From: an uncultured Gammaproteobacteria bacterium
Lineage (GTDB): Bacteria > Patescibacteriota > Microgenomatia > Levybacterales > GWA1-39-11
Length of the DNA stretch: 64,000 nucleotides
Direction of reading: 5' to 3'
NCBI GenBank assembly: GCA_964511965.1
Contig: CAZEGF010000008.1
Span: forward strand, 3,497-67,496
Part shown: in pieces, positions 53,193-61,778 of the stretch
Numbering within the stretch: the first letter of the stretch is position 1
How the letters are laid out: every line of letters begins with the position of its first letter
Translations under genes and position numbers: made by a program
Notes under the pieces: generated by a model
Database searches by the model: none
Told to the model about the DNA's origin: nothing
Seen by the model: the letters and a program-made list of their open reading frames with translations, nothing else

Positions 53193-53498
53193 TTAGACAT
53201 TCTCAAAATAAACTGATAGGTCAATGTGGGTTTCGTCTTTAAAAACAATTCCTTCACGTTCAAGCCTTTTTCTTTGTTCTCCAATCCCTCCAAAAGCATA
53301 GCCGGGTGCAATTCTTCCATCCCTGTTTACAACTCGGTGGCAAGGAACTTCTCCTTCATAAGGATTTAAATGTAGTGCTGTACCAACTGTTCTTGGGGAC
53401 ATATGGAGCTTTTTGCCTATGGCACCATATGTAGTAACTTTTCCTTTAGGGATTTTGCTGACCAGCTCGTATACTTTTTCGCGATAATCTTTAGTCAT
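53193..53498 (-). CDS. ogt: Stand-alone methylated-DNA--protein-cysteine methyltransferase DNA-binding domain (MGMT/Ogt C-terminal domain) with active-site Cys
   Basis: PCHRVV active-site motif, and a wing region. 101 aa with no N-terminal domain. Confidence 0.7.
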   Translation of the reverse strand: MTKDYREKVYELVSKIPKGKVTTYGAIGKKLHMSPRTVGTALHLNPYEGEVPCHRVVNRDGRIAPGYAFGGIGEQRKRLEREGIVFKDETHIDLSVYFENV

Positions 53499-54058
53499 CT
53501 CAGAGCAATATAACTCGAAACGTAGCCTATTACAATATACCGAAAAAGTCTTCCTGTAAATGTTAAGAACAAGAATCTTTTTATTGGATATTTTGAGATT
53601 CCTGCAACCATACCTATCCCGTCAAAGAGAGGATTTGGGATAAAAGCAAAGAACAGTATGACAATTCCACCCCATCTATCAAATACTTTCTTTTTAAAGC
53701 GCTTCAAGCTTTTGTGTTTCTCAAGATTAAAAGCTTTACTTGAAGTATATCCGAAAAGAAAAGTGGTTCCCTCACCAATTGCACCTCCAAGTGCTGCAAC
53801 AAAAGCTACAAGAAGGGGATTAGTTGTAGTTGCAGAAATTCCTACTGATAGGAAAGCAGGGGTTGGTAAGAAAATTGTTGCACTTCCAATTAAATTAAGC
53901 AAAAATACACCAACTAACCCCAATGATCTAAATTCTTTGTGGTTTATCTGATAAAAAACAGGGAGGAAAAGAATTATTCCAAGAATAAAAAGAAGTAAGA
54001 AATACAGTTTTTTATGATGACGTTGATTGCGGCGCAGACGGGCAAGTATTGGCTTCAT
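53495..54058 (-). CDS. DedA / YqaA-family small membrane protein
   Basis: 4-TM architecture. The Gly-rich segment LGGAIGEGTTFLFGY resembles the DedA family. Confidence 0.45.
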   Translation of the reverse strand: MKPILARLRRNQRHHKKLYFLLLFILGIILFLPVFYQINHKEFRSLGLVGVFLLNLIGSATIFLPTPAFLSVGISATTTNPLLVAFVAALGGAIGEGTTFLFGYTSSKAFNLEKHKSLKRFKKKVFDRWGGIVILFFAFIPNPLFDGIGMVAGISKYPIKRFLFLTFTGRLFRYIVIGYVSSYIALR

Positions 54059-54059
54059 G

Positions 54060-54434
54060 TTACTTATGTTCTTCTTTCAATTGCTTTAACTTCCACATAA
54101 AAAGTGCGCCTTTTTTGTCAACCTTAGCATCCTTACAGTATGAAAGAGCTTTTTCAAGGATGGAGCGGTGGACCGTTTTTGCGAGCTTAATATAAAGGGC
54201 TTTATGTTTGTAGTCATTTAATTCTTCAGAAAGATAAATACCATAATTTTGAAACTCTCGGGAAATATATTTGTCTTCTGTCGGATTAAACTTTTTTAAG
54301 ATGTCTGAAATTTGGTCCACTGCAAATAAGTATAGCATCAGGAATTGAGAATTGAGAATTGAAAATTGAGAATTACATATGATACTATTGCTCAATCTCG
54401 TGAAGTACAAAGTCAATTTTGAATTATCTCTCAA
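54060..54434 (-). CDS. Hypothetical protein. The N-terminal 30 aa are encoded by heptamer repeats; the real start may be internal (MLYLFAVDQ...)
   Basis: ORF only. Overlaps the tmk start region. Confidence 0.3.
   Translation of the reverse strand: MRDNSKLTLYFTRLSNSIICNSQFSILNSQFLMLYLFAVDQISDILKKFNPTEDKYISREFQNYGIYLSEELNDYKHKALYIKLAKTVHRSILEKALSYCKDAKVDKKGALFMWKLKQLKEEHK
54340..54374. repeat. 7-nt tandem repeat, 5 units (aggaatt / gagaatt / gagaatt / gaaaatt / gagaatt), reverse complement of the attctca family
   Basis: Read from the sequence. Confidence 0.8.
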
Positions 54435-55080
54435 GAAAAATCCATATAAAGGTCTTTATATTGCTCTTGAGGGAATTGATGGGTGTGGAAAGACGACACA
54501 GGTAGAAAGAGTTGCTCAGTATTTTAGAGATCAAGGGTGTGAAGTAGTAACAACCCGTGAGCCAAGAAAAGAAGGAATTCTAGGAGATATCATACATAAA
54601 GTACTTCTTGGAAAAGAAAAACTTCCCACTGCTTCAATACAATACTTATTTACCGCAGATAGGGTAGCAAATCATCATAGTACCGTTCTTCCTGCTCTTG
54701 AGAGAGGGGCTGTTGTTATAACGGATAGGTGTCTTTGGTCGGCTGTTGTTTATGGGATATTAGATAGAACAGGAGGAGTTTATGACAAAAATGATGCAGA
54801 CGTGATCTTGATATCTCAGGGGATTCTTTCGATGTATCATCAATTTATCATTCCAGACTATACATTTTATCTCAAAGTATCAGTTGAAGAGTCGATGAGA
54901 AGATTGAGAGCCAAAGATGACACGAAAGAAATCTATGAGGAAGAGTCAAATATCGCAAAGCTATATACGGGGTACAATTATCTGAAAGAGAGATTTCCTG
55001 AAGAATTAAATGTGATAAATGGTGAAATGAGTATTGAAAAAGTTACACAACAGATATTAAATACAGTAACCCAAAAATGA
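54379..55080 (+). CDS. tmk: Thymidylate kinase
   Basis: P-loop LEGIDGCGKTTQ, DR(C/Y) motif and lid region. The start codon is ambiguous; the conserved core begins at KGLYIALEG about 20 codons in. Confidence 0.8.
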   Translation: MILLLNLVKYKVNFELSLKKNPYKGLYIALEGIDGCGKTTQVERVAQYFRDQGCEVVTTREPRKEGILGDIIHKVLLGKEKLPTASIQYLFTADRVANHHSTVLPALERGAVVITDRCLWSAVVYGILDRTGGVYDKNDADVILISQGILSMYHQFIIPDYTFYLKVSVEESMRRLRAKDDTKEIYEEESNIAKLYTGYNYLKERFPEELNVINGEMSIEKVTQQILNTVTQK

Positions 55081-55616
55081 TATTAGGACCAAAAATATTA
55101 TTAGAACTTGTAAAGAAGCAAAAGCTAGTTGAAAATCTGGCTGATCGGGAGCTTACAAATCCCGAAGGCGCTGGATTTGACCTCAGACTTGGAAAAGTTT
55201 TCAAGTTGAAGGGAAATTCTTTATTAGGAATTGAAGACAGAAAAACTCCCGATGTAGTTCTTGTCAAGGAATTTGATCCGAACAAAAAAAGCTCACTTAT
55301 TATAAAGCCAGGACAGATATATCTCACCGAAACGTATGAGAAATTTAATATGCCGCTTGATCTCGTTGGAATTCTAAAACCAAGAACAACGCTTCAAAGA
55401 TCTGGAATTATTGCGAGAATGGCAATTGTCGACCCTGGGTATAGTGGGACAGTTCATCCATTGCTTTTTAACGCTGGTCCAGCAACTGTCGAGATTGAGC
55501 TTGGGGCGCGATATATCTTTGCAATGTTTATGGAGATTAAAGGAAAAGGAAGTAAATACAGAGGTCAATGGCAAGGCGGTCGAGTTGCCGCAACAAAAAG
55601 AGAGAGGCAGGTATAA
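55077..55616 (+). CDS. dcd: dCTP deaminase (dUTPase superfamily)
   Basis: About 180 aa, beta-rich, with the dCTP deaminase-like pattern (GxxGxDLRLG, conserved Ser/Arg pocket residues). 4-nt overlap with tmk. Confidence 0.65.
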   Translation: MILGPKILLELVKKQKLVENLADRELTNPEGAGFDLRLGKVFKLKGNSLLGIEDRKTPDVVLVKEFDPNKKSSLIIKPGQIYLTETYEKFNMPLDLVGILKPRTTLQRSGIIARMAIVDPGYSGTVHPLLFNAGPATVEIELGARYIFAMFMEIKGKGSKYRGQWQGGRVAATKRERQV

Positions 55617-55619
55617 CAG

Positions 55620-56201
55620 TTGGCAAAAAGAGATATTGAGTTTCTTTATGAGATAGGTGCACTTCGTTTTGTTCAACGAACGTGGAGACAGTTCTTTAGA
55701 GAGGATGTAGCAAATAATTCCGAGCACATTTTCCGGGTTATGTGGACTGCTTTGGCTATTTCAAAGGCAGAAAAAGTTAGGAATGAGGAAAAAATTCTTA
55801 AAATGGCTTTGGTTCACGACATCGGAGAGAGTAGATGTCCCGATAGTAATTATCTCTCAAAAAATTACAGCACCCGCGATGAAGACAAGTCGTTAAAAGA
55901 TATGCTTGTTTCAACCGAGTTTGAAAAAGAATTTATAGAACTCTTTAATGAATACCACGAAAGGAAATCAATTGAGGCAAAAATCGTGAAAGATGCAGAC
56001 AATTTGGATGTAGACTTTGAAATTGTTGAGCACACCTCAAACGGAAGCACTCTGATAAAAAATTGGAAAAGCAAGCGTGCGCGTACCTACAAAGAACTTT
56101 TTACTGCTACTGCCAAGAAAATGTGGAAAGAAATTTATAGTTCAGATCCCAACGCATGGCATGTTAAGGGGTACGAGAAGTACTATAAAAAGAATAAATA
56201 A
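55620..56201 (+). CDS. HD-domain phosphohydrolase (YfbR-like 5'-deoxynucleotidase family)
   Basis: H...HD (LVHDIGE)...D metal motif spacing typical of small HD hydrolases. Confidence 0.6.
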   Translation: MAKRDIEFLYEIGALRFVQRTWRQFFREDVANNSEHIFRVMWTALAISKAEKVRNEEKILKMALVHDIGESRCPDSNYLSKNYSTRDEDKSLKDMLVSTEFEKEFIELFNEYHERKSIEAKIVKDADNLDVDFEIVEHTSNGSTLIKNWKSKRARTYKELFTATAKKMWKEIYSSDPNAWHVKGYEKYYKKNK

Positions 56202-56215
56202 TATATAATGCGCCT

Positions 56216-57097
56216 ATGGCAGCACCAGAAAGACCAAACAACGAAGTAATTGGTCATTTTACATTAACAGTACCTTCAAAACCACTTGAGAGTGATTATG
56301 TTGGTCCACGCTCTGCGTTATTTGTTCCAACTGATAAATTATTAGGGGTTGGATTTGAGCAATCTGATATACATGATGTTGTTGTAGCAACTCGCGATGT
56401 TGATGGATTGTTGACTTCTGTTTCGGAAAATAGAGAATTTGCATGGCGTGGTAAACCAACTGAGCTTGACGGCGGATTAGAAAGTGATTACGGGCGACAA
56501 CAAATAATTGTTTATTCCTTTGTGACAAGTGGGAATAGCATTTTAGTATATGAAAGACCTCACTCATCCGATTCTCGACTTGCAGGAAAAGCTTCTATGG
56601 GTTTTGGTGGGCACACTGAGACTAGTGACAGAACCGATATTACACAATTTGAAGCAGAACCAAAGGATGATAGAGAATTTGCGTCACATGGAATAGAGGA
56701 CGGATCACTAAGTAAAGGTATCCATCGCGAAATTGAAGAAGAACTTGGTATTTCTCCTGATCAGATCGATTTAAAGTTAATTGGTGCTTTTAGAGAAATT
56801 CACCCGCCTGAAAGTTTGCAAGATAGAACAAAACTACCAGTGGGAACAGTTCACACGTGTATCGTTGCGGTTGCTGATCTTTCCCCCGAGGTGTCAAACA
56901 TTTCCCTACAGGAAGAAGAAGTAGGATCAGCAAAATGGGTAAAGATTAATGAAATTCAAGAAATATTGCAAGGATATGAACAATCAGGTGTTGTTGTTGA
57001 AGATTGGACGAAAATCGGCACAACCGAATTTGCAGATATACTTGAAGAACTTGCAAAAAGAGAACCTCAAAAACTACCCGAAATAAAAATAAATTAG
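56216..57097 (+). CDS. Nudix hydrolase
   Basis: Nudix box GGHTE...x...GIHREIEEELGI (Gx5Ex7REUxEExGU). Confidence 0.6.
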   Translation: MAAPERPNNEVIGHFTLTVPSKPLESDYVGPRSALFVPTDKLLGVGFEQSDIHDVVVATRDVDGLLTSVSENREFAWRGKPTELDGGLESDYGRQQIIVYSFVTSGNSILVYERPHSSDSRLAGKASMGFGGHTETSDRTDITQFEAEPKDDREFASHGIEDGSLSKGIHREIEEELGISPDQIDLKLIGAFREIHPPESLQDRTKLPVGTVHTCIVAVADLSPEVSNISLQEEEVGSAKWVKINEIQEILQGYEQSGVVVEDWTKIGTTEFADILEELAKREPQKLPEIKIN

Positions 57098-57139
57098 AGT
57101 TGACAGTGCGCTTCTACAGAAGTATATTTAGATAATTCT

Positions 57140-58117
57140 ATGGCAGAAAAGCACGGCGAATATCAATACCTCGACTTATTAAAAGAAATTCTCAAGAATG
57201 GTGAACGAAAAGTTGATCGTGGAACAGACATAGTTCTTTATAGTCTCTTTGGCCGTCAAACCCGCTATGATCTTTCAAAAGGAATCCCTGTTCTTACAAC
57301 AAAAAAAGTATATTGGAAAGGTGTTTTGGAAGAACTTTACTGGTTCATGTCAGGTCAAACAAATATCAAATACTTGGTGGACAAAAATGTTCATATTTGG
57401 GATGACTATCCATACAAAATATACCAAGGGAAAATGGAGAAAGAGAAAAAGAACACTCTCACGAAAGATGAATTTATAGAAAAGATCCATAAAGATAGTA
57501 TTTTCGCCAAAAAATGGGGGAATTTACCTCGAATTTATGGAGAAATGTGGAGGCACTGGCCCACTAGAACGAAAGGAAGGACGATAGATCAGCTTAAATG
57601 GATCATGCAAGAGATGAAAGATGATCCAGATGCAAAAAATCTAATTCTTAACTCCTGGAATCCTGAGTATTTGTATACGATGGCAACAAATGAGGATGCA
57701 TCTAGATTTCCGATTTGCCACAACATGTTTCAAGTAAGCCGACGTGGAGACAAACTTTCTCTGCATTTGTATCAGCGTAGTGCCGACATATTTCTTGGAG
57801 TACCATTTAATATTGCTTCATACGCACTTTTAACAATAGTTCTGGCAAAGATTGCAGGGCTTGAGCCGGGAGAATTTATTCATACATTTGGAGATGTTCA
57901 TATTTACGAGAACCATATTCCTCAAGTGAAAGAACAGCTTAAAAGAAAACCTAGACCTTTCCCAACTATAAAGTTTACAAAGAATTTCAAAAGTATTGAT
58001 GATTTTAGACCTGAATTTGTAGAGCTTGTAAATTATGATCCATACCCAATGCTCAAAGCTGAACTGACTGTTGCCGGAGGTCTGTATGACAAGAAGACCG
58101 GAAAAATGGCAAAGTAA
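57140..58117 (+). CDS. thyA: Thymidylate synthase ThyA (long form)
   Basis: DRTGTxxxSxFG-type N-terminus (DRGTDIVLYSLFGRQ), EELYWFMSG, catalytic FPICHNMFQ (PCH), and C-terminal DxHIY region. Confidence 0.85.
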   Translation: MAEKHGEYQYLDLLKEILKNGERKVDRGTDIVLYSLFGRQTRYDLSKGIPVLTTKKVYWKGVLEELYWFMSGQTNIKYLVDKNVHIWDDYPYKIYQGKMEKEKKNTLTKDEFIEKIHKDSIFAKKWGNLPRIYGEMWRHWPTRTKGRTIDQLKWIMQEMKDDPDAKNLILNSWNPEYLYTMATNEDASRFPICHNMFQVSRRGDKLSLHLYQRSADIFLGVPFNIASYALLTIVLAKIAGLEPGEFIHTFGDVHIYENHIPQVKEQLKRKPRPFPTIKFTKNFKSIDDFRPEFVELVNYDPYPMLKAELTVAGGLYDKKTGKMAK

Positions 58118-58120
58118 TCA

Positions 58121-58155
58121 GTATCACGTATTTTGTATTATGTATTATGTATGGA
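58121..58155. repeat. 7-nt tandem repeat (gtatcac / gtatttt / gtattat / gtattat / gtatgga) overlapping the start region of the second four-helix-bundle gene
   Basis: Read from the sequence. Confidence 0.7.
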
Positions 58156-58525
58156 GTCTAAAATTAAATCCTTTACCGATCTTAATGCATGGAAAGAAGG
58201 GCACAAACTTGTTATTTCTGTATATAAACAAATATTAAATTTTCCCAAGAATGAACAATACGGATTAGCTGATCAAATGAGAAGATGTGCAGTTTCTATT
58301 ACCTCAAATATTGCGGAAGGATTTTCTCGACGAACTAGTAAAGACAAAATTCAGTTTTATTATATTGCTTTAGGTTCAGTAACAGAACTTCAAAACCAAC
58401 TTATAATTGCTAGGGATCTAAAATATATATCAATTGATTCGTTTAAGGAGCTTGCTGATCAAACTATCATTGTAAGTAAATTAATAAACGGGTTGATTAA
58501 AAGTCTTAGTTCGCATAATACTTAA
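58151..58525 (+). CDS. Four-helix-bundle protein (23S-IVS protein family), second copy
   Basis: MESKIKSFTDLNAWKEGHKL...QMRRCAVSITSNIAEG is the family core. Start moved from 58133 to the Met at 58151, out of the repeat. Confidence 0.6.
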   Translation: MESKIKSFTDLNAWKEGHKLVISVYKQILNFPKNEQYGLADQMRRCAVSITSNIAEGFSRRTSKDKIQFYYIALGSVTELQNQLIIARDLKYISIDSFKELADQTIIVSKLINGLIKSLSSHNT

Positions 58526-58528
58526 TAC

Positions 58529-59029
58529 ATGATACAAAATACAGTTAAGATTTCACTTATAGCATCAGTTGGTAAAAACAGAGAATTGGGTCGAGGAAAC
58601 GAGCTTTTATTTAAAATTCCAGAGGACATGAAGATGTTTCGTGAAAAAACCACAGGACATGTAGTTATTATGGGAAGAAAAACATATGAGAGTATTGGGC
58701 GACCATTACCAAATAGAACCAATATAGTTATAACAAGAACTTTAAACTTAAAACCTCAAACTTCAGATTTGATATTTGTTTCATCAATCGATGAGGCGTT
58801 AGAACTGGCAAAAACAATTGAAGAAAAAGAGATTTTTGTAATCGGGGGAGCTCAAATTTATGCCCAGGCCTTGCCGTACGCTGATAAATTGTATTTAACG
58901 GTCGTCAACAAAACAGTTAGTGACGCAGATGCCTTTTTTCCCGATTATTCTGAGTTTAAAACAGTCCTTTTTGAAAGACCGAGCCGCGATCAAAATTATT
59001 CTTATACTTTTGTGGATCTCGCCCGCTAG
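58529..59029 (+). CDS. folA: Dihydrofolate reductase
   Basis: ISLIASVGKNRELG...LPW...MGRKTYESIGRPLPNRTNIVITR, then the GG dipeptide. Confidence 0.85.
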   Translation: MIQNTVKISLIASVGKNRELGRGNELLFKIPEDMKMFREKTTGHVVIMGRKTYESIGRPLPNRTNIVITRTLNLKPQTSDLIFVSSIDEALELAKTIEEKEIFVIGGAQIYAQALPYADKLYLTVVNKTVSDADAFFPDYSEFKTVLFERPSRDQNYSYTFVDLAR

Positions 59030-59064
59030 TTCTCTTGCAACTTAATTCCCCTTCTGCTTAAATC

Positions 59065-60474
59065 TTGACAATGGAACTTGTCATAGATCTTCATCTTCAT
59101 TCCCGATTTTCAAGAGCAGTAAGTCAGCGCATGAATTTGCAGAATATGTATATTTGGGGCCGAAAGAAAGGCCTTAATGTCCTTTCCATCGCAGATTTTA
59201 CGTATCCTCTTTGGTTTAAGGAAACAAAAGCACAGCTCGAAGAGTCACAAGAAGGAATTTACAGGTTAAAACGGGAAAAAGAGGTTGAGCAAGAATTCAA
59301 TTTACCACTTCGAGAGAACGATGTTGGGATGCATTTTATGTTAGTGACAGAAGTTGCTTGTATATATGGAGGAAGAGTAAAAGACGGACAAGCAGGGTCA
59401 TATAGAATCCATTGTCTGATTCTTGCTCCAAACTATGATGTTGCATTGAAAATCAATAAAGCTTTTATTGCACGGGGATTCAATCTTACAGCTGATGGAA
59501 GACCAATTTTAGGTATTTCAGCACGGGATTTGACGGAAATGTTATTTGAGATAGATCGAAAAATAGTTATTATCCCATGTCACATTTGGACCCCATGGTT
59601 TTCTCTCTATGGCTCAAAAGGTGGGTATGACCGGATAGCGGACTGCTTTGGAAATTATTCAAAATATATATTTGCGGTAGAAACCGGTCTTTCATCTGAT
59701 CCATCTATGAACTGGAGAATAAATGAACTTAATTCAAGATCAATTGTGAGCTTTTCAGATGCTCATTCCTTGGAGAAGATGGGCCGTGAGGCCACCGTTC
59801 TAAAACTGAAAACTGAAAACCGAAAACTGAAAACTGATGATATAACGTATTCAAACATCATGAACAGTTTGATTAGAGGTAAAGAAAAAGTTTTCGAACT
59901 TGCATATACCATCGAATTTTACCCTGAAGAAGGTAAATATCACTATACGGGGCACAGAAATTGCAATGTTATTCAAACCCCAGAAGAAACAAAGAAGAAT
60001 GGGGACATATGCCCAGTTTGTAAAAGAGAATTGACCATTGGGGTAATGCATAGGGTAGATGAACTAGCTGATAATGAGGAGAGCAATTTCATAAAAGAAG
60101 CGGACGCTTATGGGACAGTATGGCTAAAGGATAAAAAGGGGATTCGTCCTCCTTATATAAATCTGGTTCCGCTTTTGGAGATTTTGTCAGAAGCACTAAA
60201 TTCGGGAGTATCTTCCCAAGCAGTCCAAAATGCTTATGACAATCTGATCTCGCAATTTGGGTCAGAGCATGAAATATTACTCCGTTCTCCACTCGAAAAA
60301 ATTCAGACTCTTTCCGGGGTAACAATTGCTGAAGGGATTCAAAAAGTAAGGGAGAGGAATATTCATATCAACCCTGGGTATGATAATACGTACGGAGTTG
60401 TAGAAATTTGGGGTAATTCCACAAAATATCAACAAGAAATTAAATCAAAAGAAGAGCAAAAAGGGCTTTTTTAA
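59065..60474 (+). CDS. PHP-domain metal-dependent phosphoesterase with internal C4 zinc ribbon
   Basis: N-terminal DLHLHSRFS (PHP motif I) and further His/Asp metal motifs. CPVCKREL + C..C zinc ribbon. In-frame heptamer repeat at 59802-59836. Confidence 0.55.
   Translation: MTMELVIDLHLHSRFSRAVSQRMNLQNMYIWGRKKGLNVLSIADFTYPLWFKETKAQLEESQEGIYRLKREKEVEQEFNLPLRENDVGMHFMLVTEVACIYGGRVKDGQAGSYRIHCLILAPNYDVALKINKAFIARGFNLTADGRPILGISARDLTEMLFEIDRKIVIIPCHIWTPWFSLYGSKGGYDRIADCFGNYSKYIFAVETGLSSDPSMNWRINELNSRSIVSFSDAHSLEKMGREATVLKLKTENRKLKTDDITYSNIMNSLIRGKEKVFELAYTIEFYPEEGKYHYTGHRNCNVIQTPEETKKNGDICPVCKRELTIGVMHRVDELADNEESNFIKEADAYGTVWLKDKKGIRPPYINLVPLLEILSEALNSGVSSQAVQNAYDNLISQFGSEHEILLRSPLEKIQTLSGVTIAEGIQKVRERNIHINPGYDNTYGVVEIWGNSTKYQQEIKSKEEQKGLF
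59802..59836 (+). repeat. 7-nt tandem repeat (aaaactg x 5, one variant aaaaccg) in frame inside the PHP gene, encoding LKLKTENRKLKT
   Basis: Read from the sequence. Confidence 0.8.
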
Positions 60475-61718
60475 TATTCGTAGCTTAAGAATTTATCCAA
60501 TCCCCGTTTCATCTGGATTATACGAGCCAACGCTATTTCATTCACCTTTTTTATGATACGTCTTGAGACTTTATGCCTTGAAAGGACTTTTTCATATAGG
60601 GAAATAAGATCCATAGTTATATCTGTTCCATTGAAGTTTTTAAATGCTATATCATATGATGCTTTTCCCATTTTTTCCCTCAGAGTATCATCTTCCAAAA
60701 GTTTTAAAATTGCATCCGAAAAGGCAAGGACTGAAAGGGGGAGATAATACCCATTGACCTCATTTTCTATAACTCCGTCATATGCCAGGTCATTTGCTAC
60801 AACCAATGGAAGACCGGCACTCGCGGCTTCAAGAACACATACTCCTTGAGTTTCGGATTCTGATGAGAATGCAAAAAGAACAGCATCTTTATACGCTTGA
60901 GGCATGAGTTGTGGATCAATACTATCTATAAAATGAATGCGCTCCGAAAGCCTCAATTTTGAGGCTAGATCTCTAAGGTTTTCTTTTTCAGGACCCTTTC
61001 CAACTATTACAAGATCCACTGAAGAATTTTTCTTTGCAACTGTTCCAAAAGCCCGAATAAGAAAGGAGAAATTTTTCTCGATTCCCAGCCTTCCGACAGT
61101 CAGAATAAGAGGTGTAGTTGGAGGAAGTGAGAGTAAGTTATGTAAAAAACCAGTATTTTGAGTTTGAAAATTTTCAATAGGTACAAAATTTGGGATAACC
61201 GTTATTTCTTTTTTAACACCATAAGACTGTAGTTCCAGTTGCATCTTTTTAGAAGGGACGATAACCGCATCACATATATTTGCAAACACCCGCATGCCGG
61301 TTGCTATCATTTTGGGCTTGACTACCTTTCCTTTCAAAAAGTAGTGTGTATATTTAGTATGAAGATTATGAAAAGTCAGGACGTAGGGAACACCTTTAAT
61401 ACGTGCGACTTGATAACCCAAAAATGAAAAAGCACCATTACCATGAGCATGGACAATGTCAAAATCTTCTTTTGCAATTTCTTTTATGACAGATGCTGAG
61501 GTTGGGATAGGAAGACGCACCTCAGGTTCTGAAGAAAGAACTTTAAGTGATGAAATTCGTATGACATTTTTTGATTTATCTTTGTATCCCTTTACTTTTG
61601 GAGCATAAATCATAACCTGGTGACCCTTTTGCTCAAGTTCCTTTGTGAAATGGTCAAGAGATACTGTAACCCCATTGAGACTTGGATGGTAAGTATCCGT
61701 AAAAAATGCAATTTTCAT
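60471..61718 (-). CDS. Glycosyltransferase family 4 (GT-B)
   Basis: N-terminal MKIAFFTDTYHPSLNGV (GT4 N-domain) and C-terminal E...E motif region. Confidence 0.7.
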   Translation of the reverse strand: MKIAFFTDTYHPSLNGVTVSLDHFTKELEQKGHQVMIYAPKVKGYKDKSKNVIRISSLKVLSSEPEVRLPIPTSASVIKEIAKEDFDIVHAHGNGAFSFLGYQVARIKGVPYVLTFHNLHTKYTHYFLKGKVVKPKMIATGMRVFANICDAVIVPSKKMQLELQSYGVKKEITVIPNFVPIENFQTQNTGFLHNLLSLPPTTPLILTVGRLGIEKNFSFLIRAFGTVAKKNSSVDLVIVGKGPEKENLRDLASKLRLSERIHFIDSIDPQLMPQAYKDAVLFAFSSESETQGVCVLEAASAGLPLVVANDLAYDGVIENEVNGYYLPLSVLAFSDAILKLLEDDTLREKMGKASYDIAFKNFNGTDITMDLISLYEKVLSRHKVSRRIIKKVNEIALARIIQMKRGLDKFLSYEY

Positions 61719-61778
61719 AGCTATACTAGTACATATTCTATCACGTCAGGTGTTTGGAACGTAATATATAATAAGGGC

